This document shows, piece by piece, positions 18,332 through 29,072 of a stretch of 64,000 nt of DNA. The DNA is taken from the IMG/VR virus record IMGVR_UViG_3300020185_000013, positions 66,480 through 130,479 of that record; one strand, given 5' to 3'. How positions within the stretch are numbered: position 1 is the stretch's first letter; every line of letters starts with the position of its first letter. Made by a program: the position numbers and the translations under genes. The notes under the pieces were generated by a model. It worked only from the letters and a program-made list of their open reading frames with translations, had not been told where the DNA came from and did no database searches. The DNA is from a virus.

Positions 18332-19440
18332 TGATTGATTCTAAAGTTTTTAACGAGGGTGCAAACAGGGTTTGGATCCTCGGAGATTTACACTTCGGAG
18401 TTCGGGCAAATTCTCAAGAATGGCTCGATATCCAGAAAGAATTCTTTGAAAAGTACTTTATACCAACTCTTAAAGAGCATGTAAAGCCAGGTGATGTATT
18501 GGTTCAGGTTGGAGATACGTTTGATAACCGACAGTCGATCAATATTAAGGTACTAAACTATGCTGTAAATCTGTTTGAAAGGTTAGGTAATATTTTACCA
18601 GTTCATGTTATTTGTGGTAACCATGATATTTGGGCTAAGAAGAGTAACGAAATTACTTCAATTGATAGTTTGAAATGGATCCCAAATGTACAGATCTATA
18701 AAGAACCTCAATTGATGGACTGGAATGGTCGTAAGGTTTTAATGATGCCATGGAGACGTGATACTGCACATGAAACTGAAACACTTGCCGAATTTCCGAC
18801 TGCTGAAATAGTATTTTGTCATTCTGAAGTAAGTGGAATTTACCTAAATGCAAAAGTAAAGAACGCGCACGGTACTAGACCTAATGTTTACTCAAAGTAT
18901 ACTCGAGTTTACAGTGGACATATTCACTATCGACAAGAGAATGGAAAGCTCTTATTGGTCGGTACTCCATATGAATTAACACGCTCAGATAGAGGTAATC
19001 AAAAAGGATTCGATCTAGTTGATTTAGAAGACATGTCAGAAACATTCTTCCCGAACAACATATCACCAAAGTTCTTGAAGTTTAATATCACGAAGTTATT
19101 CGATATGACTCTCGGTGAATTTAAGGATCAGATTAGAAATAATTTTATTGATTTATATGTTCCAAGTAAAATTGCAACATCTAATTCGTTAAGTGAATTA
19201 ATTAATAAGATTCAAAATATTGGTCGAAGATTAGAACCGAACATTTATCAAGAGACTGATATTATTGATAAGGACTTCCACGATCTTGATGACGAGATCT
19301 ATAAGAATTACAATATATTAAACCTTTGCGAATCGTACGTTGAAAACTTAAATTATGACGACGATACGAAACAAAAGTTAAAATATAAACTAAAACAGTT
19401 ACACGACCTTTGTGCGTATAACCACGATATTGACAGATGA
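18331..19440 (+). CDS. Recombination endonuclease subunit (gp47/Mre11/SbcD-like)
   Basis: GDLHFG, GDTFD, GNHD, SGHIH. Confidence 0.9.
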   Translation: MIDSKVFNEGANRVWILGDLHFGVRANSQEWLDIQKEFFEKYFIPTLKEHVKPGDVLVQVGDTFDNRQSINIKVLNYAVNLFERLGNILPVHVICGNHDIWAKKSNEITSIDSLKWIPNVQIYKEPQLMDWNGRKVLMMPWRRDTAHETETLAEFPTAEIVFCHSEVSGIYLNAKVKNAHGTRPNVYSKYTRVYSGHIHYRQENGKLLLVGTPYELTRSDRGNQKGFDLVDLEDMSETFFPNNISPKFLKFNITKLFDMTLGEFKDQIRNNFIDLYVPSKIATSNSLSELINKIQNIGRRLEPNIYQETDIIDKDFHDLDDEIYKNYNILNLCESYVENLNYDDDTKQKLKYKLKQLHDLCAYNHDIDR

Positions 19441-21107
19441 GAATAGACTCTATAGCATTTAAGAATTTTGCAAGTTACGGAAATAAGGTACAACGAATAG
19501 AATTTGAGGATGATTTCTCAGAATTGTTTTTGACCTTAGGAAAGAATGGAGATGGAAAGACAACAATTGCAAATGCTATCATCTTTGCCCTATATGGTAA
19601 AGTTGAAGGTGTTAAGTTAGGTGATCTTCCAAACCGAATCAATGGTGAGCTTTGGGTACAGATCAAACTTAAATGTGGAACTATTGAAGTTGACATTGAG
19701 AGAGGACTAAGTCCAACTATCTTTAATGTTAAACTAAATGGTGTAGAATTCGACAAGGCTGGTAAAAAGAGCGTTCAAGACTATCTTGAAGAAGAGGTAT
19801 ATGGAATTCCTTACCATGTATTTAAGAACATTATTATCCTATCAATTAATGATTTCAAATCGTTCTTAACAATGAGTAATAGCGATAAGAAACAAATCAT
19901 TGATAAGATGTTTGGTTTCTCTGTATTAAATGATATGCAGCAGAAAATCAAAGATGAGAGAAAGAATGTCAGACTTGAAATAGCAGGCTATGAATCAGAA
20001 TTGAACCAAATTATGGAATCAATTCAATCAGTTCGTCATAAATTAAATACTCTACTTGAAGAATCTTCTCAAAAGAATAAGGAAAAGATTGAAGAGCTTA
20101 AGAATCAGCTGACCCAATTAAATGAAGATGCTAAAGGTCTTAAACTTGAAAAGGACGAGCTAACCAAAATTATTGGTGAGTCAAAAGAAGAATATGACGA
20201 TGCTAGATCTGAAGCTTCAAAACTAAAGCACGAGATTGAGTATCTGAAAAAGAAGATCGATCTTTATGAGGGTGGTAACTGTCCAACATGTGAGACCAAA
20301 CTTGATAGTGAATGGCATACTCAAAAACTTGACGAGTTCCAGGACCAGTTAAAAGAAAGTGCAACTGGAATTAAGGAACAAAAAGACAAGATGGATGCTA
20401 CTAAGGGCAGAATCGATGAACTTTCAAATCAAAAGAAAGGAATTGAATCAAAGGCATCCAATATTAAATATGAGATGCAGTCTCTTAAGAATGAACTAGT
20501 CAAAATTAAAGATACGTCAAGCAGTGATCAGTTCGAACATTTAAAAAAGCTAATCGAAGATTTTGAAGATAAAGAAGCTAAGAAGTCTGCTGAATCAAGT
20601 AAATTGTCGAATGATTATCAATTTATGGAAATGGTTGAGAACATCCTGGGTGAAGACGGTGTTAAAAACTTAGCAGTAAAAACAATTCTGCCAGGTTTAA
20701 ATACTAACATTGCCGCGATGACACAAACAATGCACTTACCATTCCATATTAAATTTGATGAGAAGTTTAATTGTATTATTAATCATTTAGGAGAGGAGAT
20801 TAACCCAATGACCCTTTCTACCGGTGAACGTAAAAAAGCAGACTTTATTATTATCATTGCGATTATTAAAATCTTAAAGTTACGTTTCCCACAACTAAAC
20901 CTACTATTCCTTGATGAATTGTTAAGTTCGGTTGATAATGACGGAGTACACAATATCTTAAAGATCCTATCACAGGTTATTAAAGAGAACAAGATTAATA
21001 CATTTGTAATTAACCACACTGTATTACCGCATGAAATCTTTGATAAGAAGGTACAGATCTATAGAGAGAATGGTTTCTCTAAATTCGAAATCGAAAGAAT
21101 TGAGTAG
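19437..21107 (+). CDS. Recombination ATPase subunit (gp46/Rad50/SbcC-like)
   Basis: GKNGDGKT, coiled coil with CPTC hook, LSTGE, LFLDE. Confidence 0.92.
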   Translation: MRIDSIAFKNFASYGNKVQRIEFEDDFSELFLTLGKNGDGKTTIANAIIFALYGKVEGVKLGDLPNRINGELWVQIKLKCGTIEVDIERGLSPTIFNVKLNGVEFDKAGKKSVQDYLEEEVYGIPYHVFKNIIILSINDFKSFLTMSNSDKKQIIDKMFGFSVLNDMQQKIKDERKNVRLEIAGYESELNQIMESIQSVRHKLNTLLEESSQKNKEKIEELKNQLTQLNEDAKGLKLEKDELTKIIGESKEEYDDARSEASKLKHEIEYLKKKIDLYEGGNCPTCETKLDSEWHTQKLDEFQDQLKESATGIKEQKDKMDATKGRIDELSNQKKGIESKASNIKYEMQSLKNELVKIKDTSSSDQFEHLKKLIEDFEDKEAKKSAESSKLSNDYQFMEMVENILGEDGVKNLAVKTILPGLNTNIAAMTQTMHLPFHIKFDEKFNCIINHLGEEINPMTLSTGERKKADFIIIIAIIKILKLRFPQLNLLFLDELLSSVDNDGVHNILKILSQVIKENKINTFVINHTVLPHEIFDKKVQIYRENGFSKFEIERIE

Positions 21108-21140
21108 GATATATAGTATATCTGAAAAATTATCATATAG

Positions 21141-21956
21141 ATGGCAACATATAACCTTAAATTCAACAAAGACGACAGTGTAGTTAGGCACCTAATTATT
21201 GGCCTACTCGCTGACTTGAATCAAAAGTTAAGTTTCCATCGTCAGGTTTCGAATGATAATAGAGTCGAGGTAGATGTACCATTCTACTATTCTATTACAG
21301 GAGACGAAAACTTCTTACGTGATGAATTTCTATTCACAACGATCGGTGGAGTAAATTGTGTACCTGATGGACAAAAAGCAGATGGTAATTACGACCAAGT
21401 TCCAAGAGGAATTATCAATATAACTTCACTTAATGTCGATCCTTCAAAACTGGTAAACAAGAGAAATCTTGGTCAATACTCAGTCCTTGATAAGGACGGT
21501 GTAATGCAGAGTTATGTTGCTGAATTTAGTATGATTCCAATCGTGTTAGGATTTGATGTTACAATTGTAGTTTCAAGTCAACTTGACCTATTTAAAGTTA
21601 CTGAGGCGATCATTAAAAAGATGTACCGTGCTAATTACTATAATGTAGAAGTTGGACATCTTGAAGAGGGACTTTACAGAGTTTCTTCAGAGTATGCAGT
21701 ACCTGATGATTATAGTTTAGAAAGACCGGTTGAATTCGGATTTGGCGAGAAAGAGGACTTTAGAGTTACCTTTCCTCTAGAAATCAATTCATTTATTCCA
21801 TCATTTGACTTCTCAACTGCAAGGCATGCTGGTAATAGAATGGAAGTTATTGGAAGCTTTAATAATACACAAAATGGAGAAGTTGAAGGACCAGATGCTC
21901 CACTACTAGGAGACAACTATAGTGTTACTGGTCGAGAAGTTCCATTTAAAGAATAA
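21141..21956 (+). CDS. Tail terminator/sheath stabiliser (gp15-like)
   Basis: VPFYY, PRG and P....FDV.I pattern; GATATATA at 21108. Confidence 0.55.
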   Translation: MATYNLKFNKDDSVVRHLIIGLLADLNQKLSFHRQVSNDNRVEVDVPFYYSITGDENFLRDEFLFTTIGGVNCVPDGQKADGNYDQVPRGIINITSLNVDPSKLVNKRNLGQYSVLDKDGVMQSYVAEFSMIPIVLGFDVTIVVSSQLDLFKVTEAIIKKMYRANYYNVEVGHLEEGLYRVSSEYAVPDDYSLERPVEFGFGEKEDFRVTFPLEINSFIPSFDFSTARHAGNRMEVIGSFNNTQNGEVEGPDAPLLGDNYSVTGREVPFKE

Positions 21957-21992
21957 ATACTTGATATATAAAGAAAATTAAAAAACCATAAA

Positions 21993-23207
21993 ATGGCTAC
22001 AGTTAAGAAAAATATCTTCACGATTTGCTTTGAGTCTGGCGAGAACTCTAAAGTAGTTTATACTGCTGGAAAATTCTTCAACGTAACAGAGAGCGGAGTT
22101 TCACCAATGTCGACTGCAAACAATCCACTATTGGAAGACCTAGCATATTCACTGAAGAACTTTAATGTAACAGAAGAGGGCTTAAGCTTTTACTACGATT
22201 TAAAATCTAAGTCTATCAAAAGAATCACTGAAGGAATTGTTTCAGCAGAGTTTCAGCAAGAAAAAATGAATGAGTCGGTTGAGTCTTTCAACGAATTGAT
22301 CGAGCTTAACGCAAAACTTTCTGAAGTAGAAGCTCTAAGAAAAGAGCACAAACTTGCTGGTAACGAAGCTGCAGTTTCTGAAGCGATCAACATTATTTCG
22401 GAAATCAAAGCATCGATTGCTAAGGTTAAGGAAACAGCAACAGTTACTCTATACAGATACGTTGCAGAAGAAAATAAAGTATACGTTAACAATACTGAAA
22501 CAGCTCTAGAAAATTTCACAGAGAATATGTTTGCTGCTGGTTACATTAACTACGCAGACAAAGCAATTCTAAAAAAGTTCGAAGCCGCTGCAAATAACTT
22601 TGATAAGTATTCAGTCGCTGAAAACCTAACAGAAATTACTGAAGATGTAATTACTGTTTCAACATTTAGAGTTAACGAAAAAGCTTTCGTTTACAAGAAC
22701 AACGTAGAAACGACAATTACAGAATTTAAAGAACTATCTGCGGTAGCAGCTATCGATTATATTTCTGAAAAGACAGGAGAAGATGTATCATTCATGTTCG
22801 AAGACGTCCTACAGGCAAAACTAGAATTAAGATCTAGATTAGATGCTAAAATCGAAGAGACTTTAGGGTTAATCGCGTTCTTAAAAGATCAGAGAAATAT
22901 TCTAGCAGAGGCTAATAAGAATATCCCAGAAATTAAAGAAGCTGATAAATTAATTAGTTCTGAAATTGCTAACTTCGAAAGAATCATTTCTATTTTAGAG
23001 AATGATGAGTTAACAAGAAACGACGGATTTACAAGTGGCATACTAAGCACTGAATATGAAGGCCATGCAGCTGGAACAGAAGTAAAAGTAGATGCATTAG
23101 ACTATACAACTGCTGGTAAAGACGATATGATTACAGTTGTTATCGGAGAAAGCAATGTTAAAGTACTGAAAAAACATGTTGAGATTAGTTCTAAAGAAAC
23201 AATCTAA
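21993..23207 (+). CDS. Hypothetical late (probably virion) protein
   Basis: GATATATA at 21963; Glu-rich, helical. Confidence 0.55.
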   Translation: MATVKKNIFTICFESGENSKVVYTAGKFFNVTESGVSPMSTANNPLLEDLAYSLKNFNVTEEGLSFYYDLKSKSIKRITEGIVSAEFQQEKMNESVESFNELIELNAKLSEVEALRKEHKLAGNEAAVSEAINIISEIKASIAKVKETATVTLYRYVAEENKVYVNNTETALENFTENMFAAGYINYADKAILKKFEAAANNFDKYSVAENLTEITEDVITVSTFRVNEKAFVYKNNVETTITEFKELSAVAAIDYISEKTGEDVSFMFEDVLQAKLELRSRLDAKIEETLGLIAFLKDQRNILAEANKNIPEIKEADKLISSEIANFERIISILENDELTRNDGFTSGILSTEYEGHAAGTEVKVDALDYTTAGKDDMITVVIGESNVKVLKKHVEISSKETI

Positions 23208-23230
23208 TAAACATAGTTATTAACAATAAG

Positions 23231-23271
23231 AAAAGGGCCAATTGGAAACAATTGGCCCTTTTTGTCTATAA
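23231..23271 (+). terminator. Strong hairpin terminator overlapping a class II promoter
   Basis: AAAAGGGCCAATTG-GAAA-CAATTGGCCCTTTT; GAAAC at 23245, N17, TATAA at 23267. Confidence 0.8.
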
Positions 23272-23289
23272 TCTAAAACAAAATAAATT

Positions 23290-23466
23290 ATGAGTTTATT
23301 ACAGATACTTATTATTCTTGCCTTTGGCCTTTGGGGCTACAAGAATTTTGAAAATAAAAATAGAGAGCCATGGAGAGGATTCTTATGGGGATTCTTTTTA
23401 GGCCTGATTGGTGTCGCTATTACCTATATGTTTATCACTAAAGAAATCGAAGAAAATAATGGCTAG
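23290..23466 (+). CDS. 58-aa two-helix membrane protein
   Basis: Translated by eye: MSLLQILIILAFGLWGY...GFLWGFFLGLIGVAITYMF...; not in the track. Confidence 0.6.
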   Translation: MSLLQILIILAFGLWGYKNFENKNREPWRGFLWGFFLGLIGVAITYMFITKEIEENNG

Positions 23467-23833
23467 AAAAAAGAACTACCTAAACAATAGAGACCTTTAT
23501 GATGAAATCGTAAAGTCAAAGGAACAGGATCAGCTTACACCAAAGGCTGAAAAAATGCTTGTTATGTTGGCTGAACGCGCAATTCGTAAATTAACCTATG
23601 TTAGTGAAGACGATAGAAACGATTGTTTACAATTTGCGCTATTAGATTTATTAAAGTATTGGAGAAACTTTAACCCAAAGTATACGAATGCCTTTGCATA
23701 CTTTACTGAGATTGCAAAGCGTGGATATGCGAAAGGTTGGAATAAAATCCACCCTAAAAAATACAAGTCTACCCTATCGCTTGATAAAAATAGCGGAAGC
23801 TCAGATCATGAGGGTGGATTGTTCAATATCTGA
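23459..23833 (+). CDS. Late-transcription sigma factor (gp55-like)
   Basis: NYLNN.DL, D....A....LKYWRNFNP...NAFAYFT.I; ATG 23459 preferred. Confidence 0.8.
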   Translation: MARKKNYLNNRDLYDEIVKSKEQDQLTPKAEKMLVMLAERAIRKLTYVSEDDRNDCLQFALLDLLKYWRNFNPKYTNAFAYFTEIAKRGYAKGWNKIHPKKYKSTLSLDKNSGSSDHEGGLFNI

Positions 23834-24309
23834 TGTCAATAAAGAATGTAAAACCAACTAAAAATTCAGGATTTAACCAAGGATATTTCACACCAACATA
23901 CCCGCAGAAATACCTTGGCAAACCTCCTATTATCTACAGGTCATCATGGGAACGCAAATTTATGATTATGTGCGACTCTAGAGATGATGTCGTGGCGTGG
24001 TCCAGCGAACCTGTAGAGATTAAATATTGGTCTACATTAGATTCTAAAGTCAGAAAGTATTACCCTGATTTTTATATGAAAGTACAAAAAGGTGAAGGTA
24101 TCTTTGAAGAATTTCTGGTAGAGATTAAACCATCAGAACAACTTAAAAAACCACAACCTCCAAAAAAGAATTCTAAAAAGGCTCTTAACTCATATAAGTT
24201 TTTAGCCGAACAGTTCGTTATTAATCGCGATAAATACATATATGCTAAAAAGTGGGCGGAAGAAAGAGGTTGGCGATTTATTGTCTTAACTGAAAAGACA
24301 CTTAAATAA
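23833..24309 (+). CDS. Head completion nuclease (gp4-like, TnsA-like fold)
   Basis: YRSSWE..FM..CD, WSSE, YYPDF, EIKP, F..LTE. Confidence 0.85.
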   Translation: MSIKNVKPTKNSGFNQGYFTPTYPQKYLGKPPIIYRSSWERKFMIMCDSRDDVVAWSSEPVEIKYWSTLDSKVRKYYPDFYMKVQKGEGIFEEFLVEIKPSEQLKKPQPPKKNSKKALNSYKFLAEQFVINRDKYIYAKKWAEERGWRFIVLTEKTLK

Positions 24310-24908
24310 TGGGTGAAATCAAACGACAAATCAGAAAACTAAGTAAAGGCGCCGGTGGTAAACCATTGGCTAGAAGATCTGCTGAAAAGTGGTTTAGTGC
24401 TGGCAAAAGAAAAAGGTCAGATAAGTCAGTATCTTCAACCGGTCAAAGATTTAGACCTGGTAAAATTTATGTGTTTGAATATAAGACACCAAAGGGAATA
24501 GACCGTTTAGAATGGTGGGATCAGAATCCGGTTGTACTTGCATTAGATCCATATAAGGGAAACGACGTTGGAATTAACCTTAACCTTTTACCAGTTACAG
24601 TAAAAGAAGAAATGCTAGACTTGGTATATGACAGAATGCAGGGTCAAATTAAAAGTCAAACAATGGGATCTAAATCTGGAGATGCGCAAAGACAAGGACA
24701 GATACAATTTAGTTATGAAGGTGCAAGGTCATTCTTAAAAAGATATGGATATGATTTTGCAATTAGACAATACATACCGAATCTAAAGTCAAATCAAGCA
24801 GTAATTGCTTATGAAAATTGGGCAAATATTGCACTTTGTGATTTTATAGATTTAAATGGAAGTAGTGTTGCTAGTGTCAGAGCCCAATTTAGAAAACATA
24901 ACAGATAA
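24309..24908 (+). CDS. DNA end-protector (gp2-like)
   Basis: PGKIY.F.Y, WD..P.V, GINLNLLP, RQY. Confidence 0.7.
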   Translation: MGEIKRQIRKLSKGAGGKPLARRSAEKWFSAGKRKRSDKSVSSTGQRFRPGKIYVFEYKTPKGIDRLEWWDQNPVVLALDPYKGNDVGINLNLLPVTVKEEMLDLVYDRMQGQIKSQTMGSKSGDAQRQGQIQFSYEGARSFLKRYGYDFAIRQYIPNLKSNQAVIAYENWANIALCDFIDLNGSSVASVRAQFRKHNR

Positions 24909-24945
24909 CAAGAATATATACTAAAGAATATAATATTAACCTACA

Positions 24946-26541
24946 ATGGCAGGATTTACTAATAACAACAATGGTCCATTAAGTACCAATAAAAGACCTT
25001 TTAGACTTTCAGATTCTCTGAGAGCTCTTTCGTCGTTTGGTATGAGATATGACGACCTTGTATTAAGACAGTCTCAAGCAATTGGTCCAATGGAGGATCA
25101 AATAGGTTATGGTCAAATGAACCCACTTGGATGGGACAATGATGATATCTATGGAGCTTTTGCTGCTCTTTCAATGACCGATATTAACCTAAAGAAAAAC
25201 ATTCCATTCTTTGATAAAGACTATGTTGGAAAAAGAGACGACTTAAGAAGATTCTCGATGAATGATGAGATTGAGGATATCTTAGACATTTTAAGTGATG
25301 AGACGATTGTTTATGATGATAAGAATTTCTTTTGTCAACCTGAAATTTTAGGAATGGATGCATCTGGAGATGTTGAAAAGGACCTTAACAAATACTTTAA
25401 GCAAATCTATCAATACTTTGGATTCACTCAAGATCAATCAGCATGGTACTATTTTAGAAAGTTCTTAATTGATGGTTACCTTGCATTTGAAATTATCTAT
25501 TCACCGGATCAAAAGACCGTAATTGGTTTTAAAGAACTTGATCCAATCACACTAGTACCTGGTTATAATAAAGAGGACGGTAAGAAAGTTTGGATTCAAT
25601 ATAAGGACGATCCAATCAAGCAGAGAAAACTATACGATTCTCAAATTGTATACATCTCATATTCGTCAATTACAACCGCATCTAGAGTTTCATACGTTGA
25701 AAGATTGGTTAGATCGTATAACCTTCTTCGCATCATGGAACACACTCGAGTGATTTGGGCTACAACTAACTCGAGCTTTAGAATGAAATTCATTATCCCA
25801 GTTGGGGGTAAATCTAAAACACGTGCTAAACAATCGCTAGCTCAATTGATGCATTCATATAAAGAGAATGTTGAATTTGATTGGGATAGTGGAACTCTAC
25901 AAACTGATGGTAAACCAATGCTACAGTTTAATAAAGAGTACTGGCTACCAAGTAAAGAGGGAGAGAGCCCTGAAATTGAAACACTTGGAGGAGACGGACC
26001 AGACCTATCAGATACAGAAGCACTAAAATACTTTGCTGATAAACTAAAACACGTTTCAAAGATTCCGTATTCACGTTTCCTATATGAAGACGGCGGTGGT
26101 GATTTCAATATGGCTGCTGATGGTATGATTCGCGATGAAATTAAATTCTCTAAATTCGTTAAGCGTTTAAGATCTACATTCCAAGAGATTTTGGTTAAGC
26201 CATTATACTTGCAAATGTGTCTTAAGTACCCTGAATTTGAGAACGATCCACAATTCAAAACTCAAGTTGCTCTAAGATTTAACGAAGAGAACGTATTTGC
26301 TGAACTTAAGAATTACGAAATAATGGAGCGTCGCCTAGACTTTATTGGTCAAATGCGCGATAGTCTAGTAGAAACCAATCCAGAAACAATGGATGAAGAA
26401 TACTTCTTCGATATGGACTTCCTAGTTAAGAAATACTTAAAAATCAACGATGATGATTTAGCAGCTAATGCAGCAGCAAAAGCATCGAAAGCAGCAGAAG
26501 AGGCTGGAGAGGAACCAGAAGACGAAATGGGCGGATTCTAA
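24946..26541 (+). CDS. Portal protein (gp20-like)
   Basis: FRKFLIDG, ELDP, YWLP..EG...EIETL.G, L....KIP.SR, RDEIKF.KF..RLR. Confidence 0.92.
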   Translation: MAGFTNNNNGPLSTNKRPFRLSDSLRALSSFGMRYDDLVLRQSQAIGPMEDQIGYGQMNPLGWDNDDIYGAFAALSMTDINLKKNIPFFDKDYVGKRDDLRRFSMNDEIEDILDILSDETIVYDDKNFFCQPEILGMDASGDVEKDLNKYFKQIYQYFGFTQDQSAWYYFRKFLIDGYLAFEIIYSPDQKTVIGFKELDPITLVPGYNKEDGKKVWIQYKDDPIKQRKLYDSQIVYISYSSITTASRVSYVERLVRSYNLLRIMEHTRVIWATTNSSFRMKFIIPVGGKSKTRAKQSLAQLMHSYKENVEFDWDSGTLQTDGKPMLQFNKEYWLPSKEGESPEIETLGGDGPDLSDTEALKYFADKLKHVSKIPYSRFLYEDGGGDFNMAADGMIRDEIKFSKFVKRLRSTFQEILVKPLYLQMCLKYPEFENDPQFKTQVALRFNEENVFAELKNYEIMERRLDFIGQMRDSLVETNPETMDEEYFFDMDFLVKKYLKINDDDLAANAAAKASKAAEEAGEEPEDEMGGF

Positions 26542-26557
26542 AAAAGATAAATAGTTT

Positions 26558-26929
26558 ATGAAATACGTAAAATTATTTGAGCAGTTCATCAAAGAGAACA
26601 CAGCAAAACCAAATCCAGATTCGGATGTTGTTGCTGATGACATCACACTTGAAGATGAAAGAGTTATTAGCTCAGCTGAAATCATTGGCGCTATAATTAA
26701 TAGTGAAAGTGAAAAAGAGCTAGAGGATTACTTTTATGATAAATATGGTCAAACTGCATTTAGAGCAGGAGAACTAGCTGGGATTAAACAACTTTGGAAT
26801 GAATACCAAGCCGAAGTTAAAGAATTAGAAGCTGAAGAGGAAGGAGAGGCTCCGGCTACAGAAGGAGAACCTGAAGCTGAAGGAGAATCTGAAGATGGTG
26901 CAGCTGACGATATTCTAGACGACCTATAA
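26558..26929 (+). CDS. Prohead core-like acidic protein with MKYVKLFEQFIKE N-terminus
   Basis: Lies between portal and protease (gp67/gp68 position); GATAAATA at 26546. Confidence 0.6.
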   Translation: MKYVKLFEQFIKENTAKPNPDSDVVADDITLEDERVISSAEIIGAIINSESEKELEDYFYDKYGQTAFRAGELAGIKQLWNEYQAEVKELEAEEEGEAPATEGEPEAEGESEDGAADDILDDL

Positions 26930-26978
26930 AAGTTTATCATAATAAAAAGATATATAAAAAAACAATAAAACTCAAAAT

Positions 26979-28979
26979 ATGGAAAATATGAAGGATCTTT
27001 TGATTGTAGAGATGTCATCGAACGCTCTTTCTGTAGAAAATACAGAATCAAAAGACTATGTTTTGGAGGGTATCTTTGGTGAAATTGATGTCAAAAACAA
27101 GAACCAAAGAATTTATACTGAGGACGAATACGTACCTCAAATTGAAGCTCTTCAGCAGAAAATCAAGTCAGGTAAACTGTTAGGTGAATTAGATCACCCA
27201 TCACAGTTTGATGTTTCTTTAAAGAACGTTTCACACGTTATCGAGGAACTATACTATGACGGTGAAAAGAAGCAAGTAAGAGGTCGTATCAGACTTTTAG
27301 ATACTGATGCTGGTCGCCAAGCAAAAGCATTAGTTGATGCGGGCGTACCTCTACAAATCTCATCAAGAGCAGCTGGTGCAGTTGAATCAAATGGTCAAGT
27401 AAAAATCAAACAACTATTTACTTATGACCTAGTAGCTGATCCAGGATTTGAAAACGCTGAACTAAAGCGCGTTAACGAATCTTACGGTTTTACTACTGAA
27501 GGTGGCTTGTATATTTATGAGATAAATAAAGAACAAGAAAACATTACAACAACTCAAATTATAGAAAATCAAGAAATGGCAGACTTTGTAAAAGCTGACG
27601 ACTTCAACAAGTACACTGAGTACCTTGCAAATGAAATCAAGTCGTTAAAAGAAGCAATCGAAACAACGAACCAGCCTGTTGAGAGTGAAGTATCTGAAGC
27701 AGATCTAAACGCTGTTAGAGAGCACAACGACCACATTGTTGAGAACTTTAACAATCTTTCAGAGTACGTTAAGTACCTTGCAGAAAAGCTAGATCAATCA
27801 ATTCAATACTCTGAGCATGTAGCTGAAAAAGCTGATCAAGGAATTCAGTACTCTGAAGAAGTAGCTGAAAAACTAGACCAGTCAATCCAATACACTGAGC
27901 ATTTAGCAGAGGGTATGGAAAAGGTAAAAGAATACGCTAACTATTTAGCTGAAGCTCACAATGAGAACACAACTTCAGGCGAAAAGTTAATCGAGTACGT
28001 TGACTACCTAAAACAAAATCTACAGTCAGTAACTGAATACGCTCAGTACATTGCTGAATCTATCAACGAAAATCTAGTAGTTGAAGAATTAGGCGAAGGA
28101 TCAGATGATGAAGGTGCTGCTAAGGATATGGAAGAAATCGAAAAGAAAGATTCTGAAGTTGGTAACAACGCTGAAGAAGGAGATGTAGAAGGAGAAGAAG
28201 TAGCTCTACCTGCAGAAGAAATCGAAGCAGAAGACACAAAAGTAAATACTGAAGCTGATAAGAAAACTACAGATACTTCAGCTGAATTAGAAGCAGATCT
28301 AGAAGGAGATGCAGACGATGCTGGTAAAGAAGTAGTTGAATCTTCTGAAGAAGTTGAAGAAACTGAAGAAGTAGCTGGAGAAGAATCTGCTAAAGACATG
28401 GAAGAAATCGAAGATGAGCACGAAGAAGAAATGGAAGAAGAAGTTTCTGCTGCTGAGGCTTACAAAAACGAAATCTCTAGCAAACTAAGCTCACTAGTTG
28501 AAGCTGCTACGAAGAAAGAAAACGAAAATCCATCATTCTTTAAAATCGTTTCTTCAAACGTTCAAGAAAAGTACAACGCACTTAACGAAGATGCTAAGAC
28601 TGAAGTTAGAAGAGCAGTTTCTAAGAGAGGCTTTATGACTGAATCACAAATCGAATCAATCATCGAAAGCTCTAATCTAATCGTAGAAAACAGAAATGCT
28701 GAACCGTTCTTCATTACTGCAATGCCAGTAGAATACAAAGAAGCATGGGAAACTCTATCTGAATCTAAGAAGAATCAAATCATGGCTCAATCTAAGTACC
28801 ACAAACTTGGAACTGAGTACCAGGTAAGAAACTTCTGGCAAACAAGAGACCTTAGAGAGACTGCTCCAGTAATGGAAAAGCTTGAAATGGTTAAAGAATC
28901 TAAAGAAGAAGAAAAGAAAGGTCTAGGATATGATATAACTTCATATGCTGAACAATTCAAAAAGAGATTCAATAAATAA
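26979..28979 (+). CDS. Prohead protease (gp21-like) fused to scaffold (gp22-like)
   Basis: N.RIY, GELDHP, ISSRAAG, DLVADPGF, then long acidic coiled coil with YxExxAE repeats. Confidence 0.85.
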   Translation: MENMKDLLIVEMSSNALSVENTESKDYVLEGIFGEIDVKNKNQRIYTEDEYVPQIEALQQKIKSGKLLGELDHPSQFDVSLKNVSHVIEELYYDGEKKQVRGRIRLLDTDAGRQAKALVDAGVPLQISSRAAGAVESNGQVKIKQLFTYDLVADPGFENAELKRVNESYGFTTEGGLYIYEINKEQENITTTQIIENQEMADFVKADDFNKYTEYLANEIKSLKEAIETTNQPVESEVSEADLNAVREHNDHIVENFNNLSEYVKYLAEKLDQSIQYSEHVAEKADQGIQYSEEVAEKLDQSIQYTEHLAEGMEKVKEYANYLAEAHNENTTSGEKLIEYVDYLKQNLQSVTEYAQYIAESINENLVVEELGEGSDDEGAAKDMEEIEKKDSEVGNNAEEGDVEGEEVALPAEEIEAEDTKVNTEADKKTTDTSAELEADLEGDADDAGKEVVESSEEVEETEEVAGEESAKDMEEIEDEHEEEMEEEVSAAEAYKNEISSKLSSLVEAATKKENENPSFFKIVSSNVQEKYNALNEDAKTEVRRAVSKRGFMTESQIESIIESSNLIVENRNAEPFFITAMPVEYKEAWETLSESKKNQIMAQSKYHKLGTEYQVRNFWQTRDLRETAPVMEKLEMVKESKEEEKKGLGYDITSYAEQFKKRFNK

Positions 28980-29072
28980 GGATATATAAAAAGATATCGA
29001 CGATAGGGCGACAGAAGCAGAAAGCCCAAATATGTCGAGTTTAAACAACAAACAAAAACAAAAATCTGAAAA

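Noticed and set aside
23833-24309. TnsA-like transposase implying a Tn7 element
   Set aside because: Matches the T4 gp4 head-completion context; no TnsB/TnsC or transposon ends.
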